DNA of 40,387 nt, from contig DYGV01000002.1 of NCBI GenBank assembly GCA_020724505.1, forward strand, positions 29,619 through 70,005, written 5' to 3'. Source of the DNA: Anaerolinea thermophila. Its GTDB lineage: Bacteria; Chloroflexota; Anaerolineae; Anaerolineales; UBA4823. The position numbers were made by a program, and so were the translations under genes. A model generated the notes under the pieces. The model had not been told where the DNA came from. It saw nothing but the letters and a program-made list of their open reading frames with translations, and did no database searches. This document shows positions 17,360 to 25,475 of this stretch, piece after piece; position 1 is the first letter of the stretch; every line of letters begins with the position of its first letter.

Positions 17360-18562
17360 ATGACCGATCCCCGTTTGACTCCTGAGATCATCACGCTTTA
17401 CGGAACGGGCTGGTGCCCCGACTGCAAACGCTCCAAGCAATTCTTTGGTGAACAGCGCGTTCCTTATCATTACGTGGACATTGACAATGACCCCGAAGCG
17501 ACGGCTTTTGTCGAGGAAGTGAACAAAGGCTATCGCAGTATCCCAACCATTGTGTTTCCTGATGGAAGCGTGCTGGTCGAGCCATCGAACGCACAACTTG
17601 CAGAAAAACTGGGCATGCAGACTCGCGCCAAGCGCGCCTTTTATGATGCGATCATCATCGGCAGTGGACCCACGGGCCTAACCGCGGCGACCTACCTGGC
17701 ACGCGAGGGCGTGGAAACGCTCGTGATCGAAAAGGCTGGTCTGGGTGGTCAGGCGGGTATTACCCAGACGTTGGATAACTTCCCAGGTTTCGATGAAGGA
17801 ATCCCGGGTGCAGAATTTGCCGCCCGTTTAACCCGCCAGGCACAACGCTTTGGCGCGGAGATCCTGCAAGCACAGGATGTGGTATCCATCGAACAGGATG
17901 GACAATACCAATGTGTGCATACCGCTGATGGATCGGAGTATGGCGCAACCGCCGTATTGCTTGCCACAGGTGCACGCTATCGCCGTCTTGGAATCCTTGG
18001 CGAGGATGATCTGGTCGGCTCAAACGTCCATTTTTGCGCCACCTGTGATGGAGCCTTTTATAAAGGAAAGAAGGTGTTGGTGGTCGGCGGCGGCAACAGT
18101 GGATTCGAGGAAGGTTTGTTTCTGACCAAGTTCGCCAGCCAGGTGGATATCGTCGAATTTCTGCCGCAGGTGAAAGCCAGCAAGACCCTGAGAGACAAAG
18201 TAGCGGAGATGCAAAACATGTCCGTGACTATCAATCATGCGGTCAGGGAACTGCGCGCGAAAAATGGTAAATTGGACACAGTGTTTGTCGAAGACCGTGC
18301 CACAGGTGAACAAAAGGAATGGCACTACGATGGTGTATTTGTTTTTGTTGGTTTATCGCCTAACAGCGCTCTGGTAAAAGGCAAGGCGGAAGTCGATCAG
18401 TGGGGGGCAATCGTCACCGATGGCACCCTCATGACATCCTTGCCAGGGTTGTTTGCGGCAGGCGACGTGCGTGCAGGTTCCACCAAACAGGCGGTGTCCG
18501 CGGCGGGCGAGGGAGCGACTGTGGCTTTGATGATGCGCCAGTATTTGCAAAAGAATGGCTAA
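17360..18562 (+). CDS. trxB: glutaredoxin(mycoredoxin-like)-thioredoxin reductase fusion
   Basis: N-terminal WCPDC Grx domain, then GSGPTG, GGQ, CATCDG, GGGNSG, FAAGDV...KQAVSAAGEG. Confidence 0.9.
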   Translation: MTDPRLTPEIITLYGTGWCPDCKRSKQFFGEQRVPYHYVDIDNDPEATAFVEEVNKGYRSIPTIVFPDGSVLVEPSNAQLAEKLGMQTRAKRAFYDAIIIGSGPTGLTAATYLAREGVETLVIEKAGLGGQAGITQTLDNFPGFDEGIPGAEFAARLTRQAQRFGAEILQAQDVVSIEQDGQYQCVHTADGSEYGATAVLLATGARYRRLGILGEDDLVGSNVHFCATCDGAFYKGKKVLVVGGGNSGFEEGLFLTKFASQVDIVEFLPQVKASKTLRDKVAEMQNMSVTINHAVRELRAKNGKLDTVFVEDRATGEQKEWHYDGVFVFVGLSPNSALVKGKAEVDQWGAIVTDGTLMTSLPGLFAAGDVRAGSTKQAVSAAGEGATVALMMRQYLQKNG

Positions 18563-18679
18563 ATTTGCCTCTGGTTTTGAAGAATCACAAGTGTTGGAGT
18601 TTCCATACTTGCAGCAATCTCCGCTACAATGTTAGGCGGAGATTGCCACTACCCTTGCAGGGTTTTGCGATGAAATAAT

Positions 18680-19282
18680 ATGAACATGACATCAACCAAA
18701 CCTCAATTCGGTTATTTCCTTCTGGCGGATATTTCGGGATTTTCCTCATACCTTACGAAGGTTGAATTGGAACATGCGGGGGGTATCCTGCAAAAATTGC
18801 TGGAGGGTATTGCCCGGAAGATTGAGCCTGTCTTTCGTGTGCAGGGTTTTGATATTGATTCCGTGTTTGCCTTTGTGCCCAAAGCAGGAATTCATCGTTT
18901 CGAAAACCTATACAGGCTTGTTGAAGACACTTATGTCGAGTTCAAGGGAAATCTCACTGAGATCAGCAGCCACATTACCTGCAACTGTGCTGCTTGTCGG
19001 GATGTGACTTCCCTTGATCTGAAATTCATGGTTCACTATGGCGAATACATTCTGTCGAGTGTCCAGAATAAGTCCGTGCTATATGGTCTGGACCCGACCT
19101 TTGTCCGTAATCGCGGTTGGAAGGACTCCGTGTCTGTTTCCGTCGGCTGGCGAGGCTATGTATTATTCACGGGACCTTGCCTCGCAAACCTGCATGTACA
19201 TGCTGACAAATTTCAAGGTAAAAAGTTTTTTCAGGATCAAATCAGCATGTTTGGATCGGAGTTGAAAAGTAATGACACGTAA
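18680..19282 (+). CDS. DUF2652 domain protein (second, divergent copy)
   Basis: LADISGFSSY, CNCAAC, LDLKFMVHYGE. Confidence 0.78.
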   Translation: MNMTSTKPQFGYFLLADISGFSSYLTKVELEHAGGILQKLLEGIARKIEPVFRVQGFDIDSVFAFVPKAGIHRFENLYRLVEDTYVEFKGNLTEISSHITCNCAACRDVTSLDLKFMVHYGEYILSSVQNKSVLYGLDPTFVRNRGWKDSVSVSVGWRGYVLFTGPCLANLHVHADKFQGKKFFQDQISMFGSELKSNDT

Positions 19283-19598
19283 TTTGAAAATACAACTGCT
19301 TTACTTTGGCGATTGCCCATCATGGCAATCAGGTTTGAAGAACCTGCACACTGCTTTAAAGGCAAATGGATTGGATGAGTCCGTGGAGCTGATTCAGGTA
19401 ATGGATAATGACGATGCGGCACGAAGGAAATTTCTAGGCTCACCGTCTTTCCGTATCAATGGGACTGATCTATGGAATGAAGACCGTGATACGTATTCGC
19501 TCAGTTGTCGCGTCTATGCCACGCCTGAAGGGATGAAGGGCAGTTCTTCAGTTTCTATGTTGCAGGAGGCAATTCGTCAAAAGGCAAATAGTTCTTAG
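19272..19598 (+). CDS. thioredoxin-fold protein (DF-family/DUF2703-like, Cys form)
   Basis: IQLLYFGDCPSW...FLGSPSFRING...SCRVY. Confidence 0.75.
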   Translation: MTRNLKIQLLYFGDCPSWQSGLKNLHTALKANGLDESVELIQVMDNDDAARRKFLGSPSFRINGTDLWNEDRDTYSLSCRVYATPEGMKGSSSVSMLQEAIRQKANSS

Positions 19599-19656
19599 GG
19601 CGTTCAAGCAGATCGAAGCAACTCCTTCGGCAATCGTTCTTGCCAAAAAGTCTGGC

Positions 19657-20205
19657 TCAATCCAAAACATAAATCCATAGACTTTCCCTACATTCCGCTG
19701 ACGGGGTGGTCAGTTTTCGCCACGCAATCGCGAGTTCAAGATCGAAAAGTATGCCGACATTAAGAACTGAACATTCATAGGCAGAAGAGTTTCTGGGTAA
19801 TGATAATAGTGGGTTGGTATCCGAATATCGAAAAACCCGATTGCGCCTGGCGCGTTGAATTGCCCGAATTTCGTTCGGCGGAATCATCGTGAAAACAAAC
19901 TTGCCGTTATTGTCCCCGTTCAAACAAACCAGTACATCTGGATTATCAACTTGCTCGATTACGCTGAGATTAACAGGAGAGCCGCATACTTTTGATGTAA
20001 CTTGGTTCAACCAAACTAAAGCGTCAGGGACTTGCACCGTCTGTGCCAGATGTTCGCGTTTTATCTTCAAATCCTGGACCGACCAGAGGACCACCTGTTC
20101 CCTCAATCCATCAATCGCCTTCCTCTGTCGTTCATTCCCCATGCTGATCAATGCTCCAAAAAAGATCACCGCAGATGCTACAACAATTGCAAGAAGTATT
20201 TCCAT
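19657..20205 (-). CDS. hypothetical protein with N-terminal TM anchor
   Basis: MEILLAIVVASAVIFFGALISMG; last gene of the minus-strand operon. Confidence 0.75.
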   Translation of the reverse strand: MEILLAIVVASAVIFFGALISMGNERQRKAIDGLREQVVLWSVQDLKIKREHLAQTVQVPDALVWLNQVTSKVCGSPVNLSVIEQVDNPDVLVCLNGDNNGKFVFTMIPPNEIRAIQRARRNRVFRYSDTNPLLSLPRNSSAYECSVLNVGILFDLELAIAWRKLTTPSAECRESLWIYVLD

Positions 20206-20223
20206 TTTTACTTTTCCTTTTCG

Positions 20224-22344
20224 TTATTTGTTTTTTACAAAATCATCTTTTGATCGTGCAGACTTAGCCTTGAACGTTTCGCTCAACCGTTTCAAAGCCT
20301 TGGGGCGCGGATCAACCACACTAGCCGATGCGATTACCATGAATAAACCCAGCAAGCCGACGATCTGCCAGACCGGTAGGGATGGTTGAACAGGCTCAGG
20401 AGTTTTTTCAGGCATTGGCGTGATGAATAAGAGTGTTGGCGTCGGCAATATTTGTGTTGCGGTTGGTGTCACCGAAGGAATCAAAGTGCTTGTCGCCGTC
20501 GGGAATGGGGTAATTGTGGCGGTAGAGGTCGCCACCTGCGGTATCACGATCCTACCCGCATCCTGCCCACACAGTTCATTCACATCACAAGCCTCTGCCA
20601 GAACCGGGTATTCTCCTGCTGGAGCCAACGTCCCATCCCCAAAGCGCCGATCCCATTTCACGGGATGGGATTTTTTTCCGGGATCGAATTCCAATCTCAC
20701 CTCCGGCCAGCGATTTTGAGGATCACGGATCGTTACCTGAATGGTCGCGATTGGGAAATGGTTGGGGGATATCTTCAACTGCCCAGTTTCCCAAATCCAC
20801 CACCGTTCCGTGATGGACACAGCAGGCGGGGCATTATCTACAGTCAGCCTAACTGAAACCACATCGCCAGCATTGCCGGCACGATCCCTGCCGCGCATTT
20901 GCAGGATGTACTCTCCGTTTGGCACTTCATTGGAATGCCATATATAAGACCAGGTACTCCCCGTCCCCATATACACAGCCTGCCAGGTAGCTCCGTTATC
21001 GAGGGAAATTTCGCCGCTGGCAGGACCGGACATTTCATCTTCCAACGATCCTGCTACATGCGCCTCTCCCTGCATCACCTCACCATTTGAATGCGATGTA
21101 ATTTGAGCCACGGGGGCAATCGTATCCACACGGATTACCTTGGATACCACCACTTCATTTCCAGCCACATCCCTGGCATGGATCAATACCCGTTGGTTTC
21201 CATCCATGAATTGGATAGGGAATGAGATCCAGGTCGCGCCTTCATCCATGCTGCCATTTAGGGAAGAAAGCCCGGAGATTGCGTCGGCGGCGGTTGCCGA
21301 CAGAGTCACTTGTGACACATACCAGCCATTCCTGCCATCCACCGGAGGAAGGATCACATTGAGGTTTGGAGATGTGGCATCGCGTTGCCATGCGGAAGAG
21401 CCATTGGCTGTACGTCCGCTAGTTGAAGTTACCTGATAATTGGCAGATCCAATTCCTTCCGGCACGGGTAGACTGCAGGTACTTCCACAGGTGAAAGGGA
21501 CACCATTCAAGTCTCCAGTAATCGTCACATCAAACCCTTGCGGATCGCTGGCCATCAATTCGAGACCCTCATTCCCTCTGCACCAGCCGGCGTCTCCCCA
21601 GAGATCGCAGACCACCGACCCCGTGATTTGTGGGGGCAGAGGTGTTGGAGTGGGCGAAGGTGTGTTGGTGTATGTGGCTGTTGGTGTAAAGGTCAGGGTC
21701 GGCGTAAACGTCAGTGTAGGTGTAAGACTGGGCGTAAAGGTTGCGGTCGGAGTCAGCGTTGCTGTGGGAGTAAATGTGGGTGTCCGCGAAGGGGTGGGTG
21801 TGGCAGTGGAAGGCGGACCGACATATTCCACATCAATGGAACGAAAATCCACATAGCCGCCCGAAGCGGTCAGGGACCAGGATCGACAACCCGCTGGAAC
21901 GGGGATGTCCATGCTGACAAATCCCGGCAGACCTGAGCCAGTGCGTAGGTACCATGTATTCACTGAGGAACATGCCCGCAGCACGGCGCTGCCCACACTT
22001 GAGTCAGGGGTAAAGCCGACCATGATCTCGAAGTATGAGACATCCCGGTCAAAGGAACCGCTGGCAACACCACCATTGCCCAGCCGTGTGACCCACTCGG
22101 AACAGTTGGAACCGCAAAATGTTCCACCTTCCTCAGGTGGAAGCGAGGATCCATCGCGATGCGTAATGTACACATACTGGGTAGAACCACTCCAATCGAT
22201 ATATCCCAAGTCATGCGCCTGGTCATAGGTGCGACCTTCCTGCAAAACAATTCCCGCAAGGGGTGCTGCATGAGTGGAGGCGGATGTCCATAAAAAGAAA
22301 ATTGGAAGGAATAGGATTATCTCAATCCATCGAAAACGCTTCAT
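20224..22344 (-). CDS. cell-surface protein with Ig-like repeats, Thr/Pro linkers and C-terminal TM anchor
   Basis: Signal peptide; DAISG, ARDVAGN, GRDRAGN, VDTIAP Ig-like motifs; C-terminal WQIVGLLGLFMVIASA followed by a basic tail. Confidence 0.85.
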   Translation of the reverse strand: MKRFRWIEIILFLPIFFLWTSASTHAAPLAGIVLQEGRTYDQAHDLGYIDWSGSTQYVYITHRDGSSLPPEEGGTFCGSNCSEWVTRLGNGGVASGSFDRDVSYFEIMVGFTPDSSVGSAVLRACSSVNTWYLRTGSGLPGFVSMDIPVPAGCRSWSLTASGGYVDFRSIDVEYVGPPSTATPTPSRTPTFTPTATLTPTATFTPSLTPTLTFTPTLTFTPTATYTNTPSPTPTPLPPQITGSVVCDLWGDAGWCRGNEGLELMASDPQGFDVTITGDLNGVPFTCGSTCSLPVPEGIGSANYQVTSTSGRTANGSSAWQRDATSPNLNVILPPVDGRNGWYVSQVTLSATAADAISGLSSLNGSMDEGATWISFPIQFMDGNQRVLIHARDVAGNEVVVSKVIRVDTIAPVAQITSHSNGEVMQGEAHVAGSLEDEMSGPASGEISLDNGATWQAVYMGTGSTWSYIWHSNEVPNGEYILQMRGRDRAGNAGDVVSVRLTVDNAPPAVSITERWWIWETGQLKISPNHFPIATIQVTIRDPQNRWPEVRLEFDPGKKSHPVKWDRRFGDGTLAPAGEYPVLAEACDVNELCGQDAGRIVIPQVATSTATITPFPTATSTLIPSVTPTATQILPTPTLLFITPMPEKTPEPVQPSLPVWQIVGLLGLFMVIASASVVDPRPKALKRLSETFKAKSARSKDDFVKNK
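21631..21813 (-). repeat. Thr/Pro-rich coding repeat (TPT[AL]T[FL] units)
   Basis: TATPTPSRTPTFTPTATLTPTATFTPSLTPTLTFTPTLTFTPTATYTNTPSPTPTPLPP. Confidence 0.8.
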
Positions 22345-22353
22345 AACTAACTC

Positions 22354-22521
22354 CTAATATTCCTGGAAATCCTGGATGCCGAGATGGAAGAGGAAGAGCA
22401 ACAAAACCACCAATGCCAGGAGCACCAGACAGGCGATCATGAAAACCCTGATCGGGATCACCAGCCCGAGCAAATACCCGGCAAAGATACCGATCCCAAC
22501 CCCTGCAAAGAACCTGAGCAT
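22354..22521 (-). CDS. small 2-TM membrane protein (55 aa), not in ORF track
   Basis: MLRFFAGVGIGIFAGYLLGLVIPIRVFMIACLVLLALVVLLLFLFHLGIQDFQEY; GGAG RBS; fills the operon gap exactly. Confidence 0.7.
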   Translation of the reverse strand: MLRFFAGVGIGIFAGYLLGLVIPIRVFMIACLVLLALVVLLLFLFHLGIQDFQEY

Positions 22522-22522
22522 T

Positions 22523-22873
22523 TCACTCCCCTGCTTCCGATTTCAGGATCATTTTCAAGCGGTGCGCATCCAGGTTATGCCACCAGACAATCTCATCCAG
22601 GATGAGGTGATATTCCCAAAGCAACCCCTGCATGGGCAGGGACTCAAACCAGGTTTTCAGACCGAACCTGAGTCGCTCTTTCGAGCCTCCCTGCCAAAGC
22701 AGGCCACCCTCCATTTGAATCAGAGTTTGCCCTGGCGCCAAGGCAGATTGCACTTGGCTGCTATGAGCGTTCAACCAGTTCAGGAATAACTGCAGGCGAA
22801 CGTCATCCAGCCGAAGTACCTGCCCGGAAATATCCTCCGCCATCTGATCGAGCAATTCTTTCCATTCATTCAT
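22523..22873 (-). CDS. hypothetical protein (116 aa)
   Basis: Start re-called to ATG 22873 (MNEWKELLDQMAED...), coupled by ATGA to the upstream small ORF. Confidence 0.7.
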   Translation of the reverse strand: MNEWKELLDQMAEDISGQVLRLDDVRLQLFLNWLNAHSSQVQSALAPGQTLIQMEGGLLWQGGSKERLRFGLKTWFESLPMQGLLWEYHLILDEIVWWHNLDAHRLKMILKSEAGE

Positions 22874-22998
22874 CGATCCCATCCATTGTCCCTTCGAGAC
22901 ATGATCCAGGCTGCATAAAGGACGACCGCACCCACAACCACACAGGCAAGCGGAACGCCACACACCACTACTATCAAACGCAACACCATCGCGATCAT
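22870..22998 (-). CDS. small single-TM protein (42 aa), not in ORF track
   Basis: MIAMVLRLIVVVCGVPLACVVVGAVVLYAAWIMSRRDNGWDR; TGATG overlap with the VirD4-like gene and ATGA overlap with the next gene. Confidence 0.65.
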   Translation of the reverse strand: MIAMVLRLIVVVCGVPLACVVVGAVVLYAAWIMSRRDNGWDR

Positions 22999-25475
22999 CA
23001 GAATCCCAGCCTCCGTTCATCTTCCCGGGGTGAAGGCTGGTGAATCTGGGTGTTGTTCTGTTCCTCGATTCGCACTGCCAGGAATTCATCCAATAATTTG
23101 GAAAGGGCTGTCGGAAGCATGTTCTCCAATGCGGCGGATGCCTTTTCCTGCCATCCATCAGCAGGCAGATAATCGGTCGGATGAGAAGCAATCACTTCCT
23201 CGATCAACGCCTTCACTCTGCCTGTATCGGCTCGTGGCAGTGGCTTGATTTGAGTCAACGTGGGTGGCTGCCAGCGACCACCGATACGCGCGCGCAACCA
23301 GCATTGCAGGGAAGGCAGGTCAAGGGTCATATTGCCGTAGCGCACCGTGGAACTTAACGTAGCGCGGATCAAGTCGGCATCCTCGGGATCGGGCGAGAAG
23401 AACATCTGGGTGGAAGTGTTGGCAAGCATGGCTTGCACGACCGGCTCCATGCCTTCCACCTTGCGCATCATGGATAAGGACTGTGCCAGCACGAACATGC
23501 GTGCTCCGAACTTCGCTCCCTCCGCCAGCATGGACTCCAACCTCATGCCCGAACCGATCTCCTGCGCTTCATCCACGATGAAATAAAAAGGCACACTCTT
23601 TTCAAGAGTCGCCTTGCGATAGGCGGCATCGAAAACGTTGTACAAGACACTTGCCGTAAGCCTTGCGCCTTCGCGTCCCATCTCACCGGAAGGCAACCGC
23701 AATACAATCCAAGCGCGCTCCTCGATCCATTGGTTCATCGCCACAAAGCGATCCTGGTGCATGGCGGAAAACAACCAGGGGGAGAGTTCCAATGCCATCA
23801 CTTTCGAGAGCACCGGACTGATCACTTCCGTGACCCAGCCCTGACTCCACTTATCCCCTTCGCCAGTTTGTCCAAGCAGGGCATCCAATGCCAAGGCTCC
23901 CATGCGTTCGCCGGGAGGCAATAGCGCCATCGCCTTGTGCCGCCAGGTCTTGTTGAACGCCATGAAGACCACATGCAGCAGTCCAAGCCCGGCTTCGGGA
24001 TGATGCTGGTTCCAAACATGTGCGAGACGGAATAAGCCCAGCAAGGCTGCCTGCATACGCGGACCCCAGTAATCATCCCAAATGCGCCGACCGATCTGTA
24101 CGATGGCATTACCCGCCCAGGTGAAATCGGGAACAGCCAGCAAGTTCAATGGAATAACCTGCGGTTGATCCGGCGTGATAATTCTTAATCTCTTGATCGC
24201 CTTGCTTCTTTGCTCTTCCGGCAATTGGGCAATCGCATCCAAAAATGCATCTGCCAATGACACATGCGGATCGGTGAGGAAGATGCCAGGCGCATCATCA
24301 CCCCGGGCGAGCAGTTGTTCCAGCATGGCAAAGACGAAGGATGATTTACCACTGCGACTGCCACCGGTTGCCAGTCCATGACCATCCGGATCCACACCCA
24401 CGAGTTCACCTGTGGCGACACTCTGCCCGATCTTGAAGCCTGCCTCGAGTAACGGCTGGGAAGGCGGAGGCGCAGGTACTTCCTGCCAGACGGCACGATC
24501 CAACAATCCAGACCCTTCTCCCAATTGCAGGGGAGCGATGAGTCCGGCGAGTTCACCCGCGGGTAATGGGAAGGTATGTTTTTGGATATCTGGCCAGACC
24601 TCGCCCAATGGACTCCAGGACTGTCGTCCTGCAAGCAATGGCAGTTCAAACGGAGCGGATAGAGTGATAGCCGTTTTCAACAAGGGTTCTTGAATGCGCC
24701 GCTCCAATACTTCCTTCGGGATCGAGCGCCATTCCAACCAGTTACGAATGCCCCAAGCTGAGGCAAGACAGATTGCAATTCCCGCGATCACGAACATCAG
24801 CACAGGCAACGGATTGAACCAGCCAGCAAACAGGATGCCACCGCTGATGCCCGCCATCAACATGCCAAGGAATAGTCCGGCGCGCAGGAAGTCTAACTGC
24901 AAGCCCCATGAATTTGGGGTATTGTTTTCCACACCGCCTTCGGTTCCATACGAATAAGAAGAAAGACTGCGCAGCTGTTCCTGTAGTTCATCCTCATTTC
25001 CCAGCAACCACAACCGCAGACTGGACTCCTTTCCTTCACGTGCCGCACTGATCAAGCGACTGCCGATGGCAAGCAGGGGATCACTATCTTTGGCAGAGGC
25101 AATCAGGGAGGGCAGACGATTGGAGGAATGCAAGGCATGACCACTCCCCTGAATGGCGACGATCCCCAATGCCCGCCAACGGGAATGTTGTCCCGTCATG
25201 GCAGACCAGGATTGCACAACGCCCTCCGCTACATGAGGAGGTAGATACAAACGCACGCGCATTCCTTTGGGTGAAGCGATCCATTCCACAATCGAAGGAT
25301 AGGGAAGTTGTCCCATCCAGCTCATGACCTGCGCGCGAAGATCATCCAGGGCATGCGGAGCAAAGAGCAATTCCCAGCTCTGCCATTCTCCTTTGCACAA
25401 CGGACAATTTTCAGGAGTGGATGCAAACTCATAACCACAATGAATGCACATGTACCCGTTCTTTGGGTAAATCAT
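22998..25475 (-). CDS. VirD4/TraG-like type IV coupling ATPase with N-terminal Zn-ribbon and 2 TMs
   Basis: GGSRSGKS Walker A, LTDPH, FIVDEAQ Walker B, LAEGAKFGARMFVLAQS, MLANTST. Start re-called to ATG 25475 (AGGAG RBS, ATGA overlap). Confidence 0.8.
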   Translation of the reverse strand: MIYPKNGYMCIHCGYEFASTPENCPLCKGEWQSWELLFAPHALDDLRAQVMSWMGQLPYPSIVEWIASPKGMRVRLYLPPHVAEGVVQSWSAMTGQHSRWRALGIVAIQGSGHALHSSNRLPSLIASAKDSDPLLAIGSRLISAAREGKESSLRLWLLGNEDELQEQLRSLSSYSYGTEGGVENNTPNSWGLQLDFLRAGLFLGMLMAGISGGILFAGWFNPLPVLMFVIAGIAICLASAWGIRNWLEWRSIPKEVLERRIQEPLLKTAITLSAPFELPLLAGRQSWSPLGEVWPDIQKHTFPLPAGELAGLIAPLQLGEGSGLLDRAVWQEVPAPPPSQPLLEAGFKIGQSVATGELVGVDPDGHGLATGGSRSGKSSFVFAMLEQLLARGDDAPGIFLTDPHVSLADAFLDAIAQLPEEQRSKAIKRLRIITPDQPQVIPLNLLAVPDFTWAGNAIVQIGRRIWDDYWGPRMQAALLGLFRLAHVWNQHHPEAGLGLLHVVFMAFNKTWRHKAMALLPPGERMGALALDALLGQTGEGDKWSQGWVTEVISPVLSKVMALELSPWLFSAMHQDRFVAMNQWIEERAWIVLRLPSGEMGREGARLTASVLYNVFDAAYRKATLEKSVPFYFIVDEAQEIGSGMRLESMLAEGAKFGARMFVLAQSLSMMRKVEGMEPVVQAMLANTSTQMFFSPDPEDADLIRATLSSTVRYGNMTLDLPSLQCWLRARIGGRWQPPTLTQIKPLPRADTGRVKALIEEVIASHPTDYLPADGWQEKASAALENMLPTALSKLLDEFLAVRIEEQNNTQIHQPSPREDERRLGF

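Noticed and set aside
21440-21856. Val/Gly-repeat ORF on the + strand
   Set aside because: It is the antisense shadow of the Thr/Pro linker of the surface protein.
22874-23191. N-terminal half of ORF 22523-23191
   Set aside because: It overlaps the VirD4-like C-terminus and a better-coupled 42-aa ORF.
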